Source of the DNA: Macrostomum lignano | Lineage: Eukaryota | Reading direction: 5' to 3' | Length of the DNA: 56,298 nt | Assembly: GCA_002269645.1 (NCBI GenBank) | Contig: NIVC01004184.1 | Coordinates: forward strand, 1-56,298 | Part shown: one piece after another, positions 53,501 to 56,298 of the stretch | Layout: each line of letters begins with the position of its first letter | How positions within the stretch are numbered: position 1 is the stretch's first letter | The notes under the pieces: generated by a model | Databases searched by the model: none | Told to the model about the DNA's origin: nothing | The model's input: only the letters and a program-made list of their open reading frames with translations | Translations under genes and position numbers: made by a program

Positions 53501-56298
53501 GTGAGTCAATCATTTGCAAGAATTTACATAAAAATTACTTGTAAGTTCTGCGGATATGCTCAGTATTGATTTTATTTGATTTTCAGCTACCGAGCGACCC
53601 ACCTAGAAAATACCAATACACAGTGACCAACACTGCATTGTTCAAAGTGAACGACGATGGCACAGTTGCTGTCAACTACGTGCTGATTGACTATGAAAGC
53701 CTGCCAGCTGACAAGCAGATCAATCTCACTGTGAGACATACTTTCTAAAAAATTGGAGTCTAAAAAATAAAAATGATACCTCGTAAATTTATGCATGATA
53801 CTGAATTATAGGTCACTGCCACAGAGATCGACTCCCCTCGTGCAAACCTCACCGGCACTGTGAGCTTCTCCGTATCGGTCCTCGATATGAACGACAATTC
53901 GCCCGTGTTCCAGGCTCTCAACTATTCATTCGTGATAGCGGAGGGCCCGGGCTCGCGACCGGTCGGACAAGTGCGTGCCACCGACGCCGATTCGGGTGTC
54001 CGAGGCACCGCCGGACTACGCTACTCCATTGTGGAAGGAAACACGACCATCTTTGCTATCAACGAATCAACTGGCGAGATTAGCGCCACTGGTAACTTGG
54101 TTCGCAATGAGGTTTTCGTGCTGACCGTGAGGGCTCGCGACTCCGAACCTCAGGCCAGCCTCGTACGAACTGCGGACGTTGCCGTGCAGATTACGGTCAC
54201 ACGAATGTACAACCTGCCGCCGTATTACTCTGCCCCAGTGTACTCAGTCTCGGTCTCGGAGGACACACCTGTTGGCAGTGTTGTTGGTAGTTTTCCAGCC
54301 GCTGACCCGGAGGGTGACATCATTAGGTACAGCCTGCTCAACCAGACAGTGTCATCGGCATTTAATTACACAAGTGACGGCAGTCTCACTGTTGCAGCCC
54401 CGTTGGACAGGGAGTCTCCAATCGTTCCATATCATAGCGTTTTTGTCAGCGCTCAAGACAGTCTTGGGAATCGGTGAGTTCAAGATGAAACAGGAATTTA
54501 AAAATATATATTATCGAGCAAACGCAAACCTAAAACAAAAAATGTTTAATCGTCCTTTGCAGACGGCAGTCACTGAGATTAGAGTTGTACTTCTGGACTC
54601 CAATGACAACGATCCCGTTATCTCCGTAGTTCCGACTAACTTTTCTGTTGCCGAGAACACCTTCCCAGCCATAATTGTGACCATTAACGCGACAGACGCT
54701 GACCTAGCTGAAAATGCACTTATTAGGTTTTTTGTCAGCGAGGAGACGTAAGCAAATATACTTCTTCTTAGATCTTGGAGTCTGAGAATTGTTGCCGCCA
54801 TATTATACTAGCAGGACTGACTGCCCAAATTACTTTGCAGAAACTCATTCGCAATCACTCAAACGACCAACACTACGGGATTCGCATCGGCTCAGCTTCA
54901 GCTGGCCAAGGCGCTCGACTACGAAGCGCGCGCAGATCACTACGTGACGGTGACAGCCCGCGACTTCGGCCTAACCGCTCGAAGCGCAACAGTGACGCTA
55001 ACTATCAATGTGGAGGACCGCGATGATATGGCACCATTCTTTCCTGTTCGATATTTTAGCGGCAGCGTGGCGGAAAATTCAAACAATGCCTATGTCGCCA
55101 CTGTCGCTGTGAGTAGTTGCTTATTGCTGACTATTTTTCTGCATAAAATGCAGACTAATATTATTGCCTCGTTATCGCGATTTAGGCAATTGATGGCGAC
55201 TCATTTTCAAACATCACGTACCGGCTGGTAAACGCGTCGGTTCCGTTCCGAATCAACGCGACAAGTGGTGAAATCTTTACCACTAGCGGGATCGACTATG
55301 AGACCAACCAGAGCTATGTGCTTATCGTGTCGACGGATCAGTCCTCACTGACAATTACAGACGCCTCGCGCCTCTCCGCCACCGTGTCTATCGCAATCAC
55401 TGTAAGCTTTCCACAATCTAGTTCAGACTACCCTGCTTTGCTTGTAGTTTAAAATTACAGAAATAATAATTTTCTTGTCTTTTTTCAGGACGTCAATGAC
55501 AACAGACCTGTGCTTTCAGCTCCCGCAATGAGTGTGCTAGAGACTCAGCCCATTGGAGCAACAGTTGGCAATGTGTCTGTTTCGGATGCTGACTCGGTGA
55601 GTGAACAAGCGGCAGATACTTATTACAGACCAATCTTCCTATTCGACCAGATCTCTTTACCTGGATATTCGAATCGTGAACATTTTTTCAGGGAGTCAAT
55701 GCGATGGTCCGGTTCTCGATCGCAGAGGCCATTCCAGCCGACGGACTAAGCTTTTTCTTAATTGACTCTCGAACTGGTTCCATTCGACTGAGAAATAGCC
55801 TGCTGAGAAACAGGTCGAATTCACTTTACAATGTGAGTTTCTAAAAAAGTAATTGCTAATCTGAAGTCAGAAATTACATCTCTATGAGGATTAGGCCTCA
55901 TAAAACATTAACACCATTTCAGCTTACCGTGACAGCATCGGATTATGGGACCCCAAGTTTCTCTTCGAGCACCAGTGTGATCATCAACGTGTCCAGAGCA
56001 ACCCAATCTCCGGTTGTCCAACCAGCCACCTGGGTTGCTAATATCTCGATGCTGATGCCTGTCGGGACACAGATTGTGCTAATGAGTGCAACTGATGCGG
56101 ACACGGTAGCGAGCTTCAACTCTCCTCTTCTGTTCTCCCTCGCCGGTTTATATAAAGGGCCAACCTACTTTGCCATTAACAGCACTACTGGCTCAATTAC
56201 ATTGCAAAGAAACCTCACTCTTGATATCGACACCGAGTACATTCTTTACGTAGTTGCCACAGATCCTTCGGGCCTGACAGGAACTTCAACGATCACCG
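50575..56298 (+). CDS. Multi-cadherin-repeat protein, PCDH15/Cad99C/CDHR5-like, 5' part (continues beyond the window)
   Basis: Exons 50575-50620 (signal peptide), 51086-51175, 51621-51853, 51936-52034, 52114-52221, 52306-52518, 52634-52801, 52876-52966, 53082-53185, 53282-53500, 53587-53730, 53812-54473, 54563-54747, 54841-55108, 55186-55401, 55489-55596, 55692-55832, 55923 to window end. Repeated DxNDNxP, AxDxD and LDYE/LDRE motifs. All junctions are phase-consistent except 54473/54563. Confidence 0.92.

Overview
Eukaryotic, intron-rich animal genomic DNA: GC3-rich exons, short GT-AG introns and very abundant mini- and microsatellites. The overall style suggests an invertebrate, possibly a Macrostomum-like flatworm, which is inference only. 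No prokaryotic features are present. Contents in order: (1) the 3' end of an unidentified + strand gene (903-1800); (2) a two-exon + strand gene ending in an SVBP-like helix, IYALNKLMTELEEE (3618-5048); (3) three - strand exons encoding a Cys-rich, poly-Arg, CaaX-like-terminated peptide with no first exon of its own (5762-7273); (4) a 7-exon - strand gene (40266 to 7566, about 675 aa, all introns phase 1) with signal peptide, C-type lectin domain, sushi/CCP-like modules and a TM helix, whose intron 5 (22.9 kb) is almost entirely a 24-bp satellite; (5) a decayed Penelope-like GIY-YIG fragment with a minimal hammerhead ribozyme motif in intron 1 of that gene; (6) a nearly intact RTE-type non-LTR retrotransposon bracketed by matching (TAG)n arrays and preceded by a 17-bp tandem array; (7) the first 18 exons of a PCDH15/Cad99C-like cadherin gene that runs off the right edge. 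Nearly all very long ORFs in the supplied track are translations of tandem repeats. Exon models were built by hand from splice signals and frame continuity; no database search was possible.
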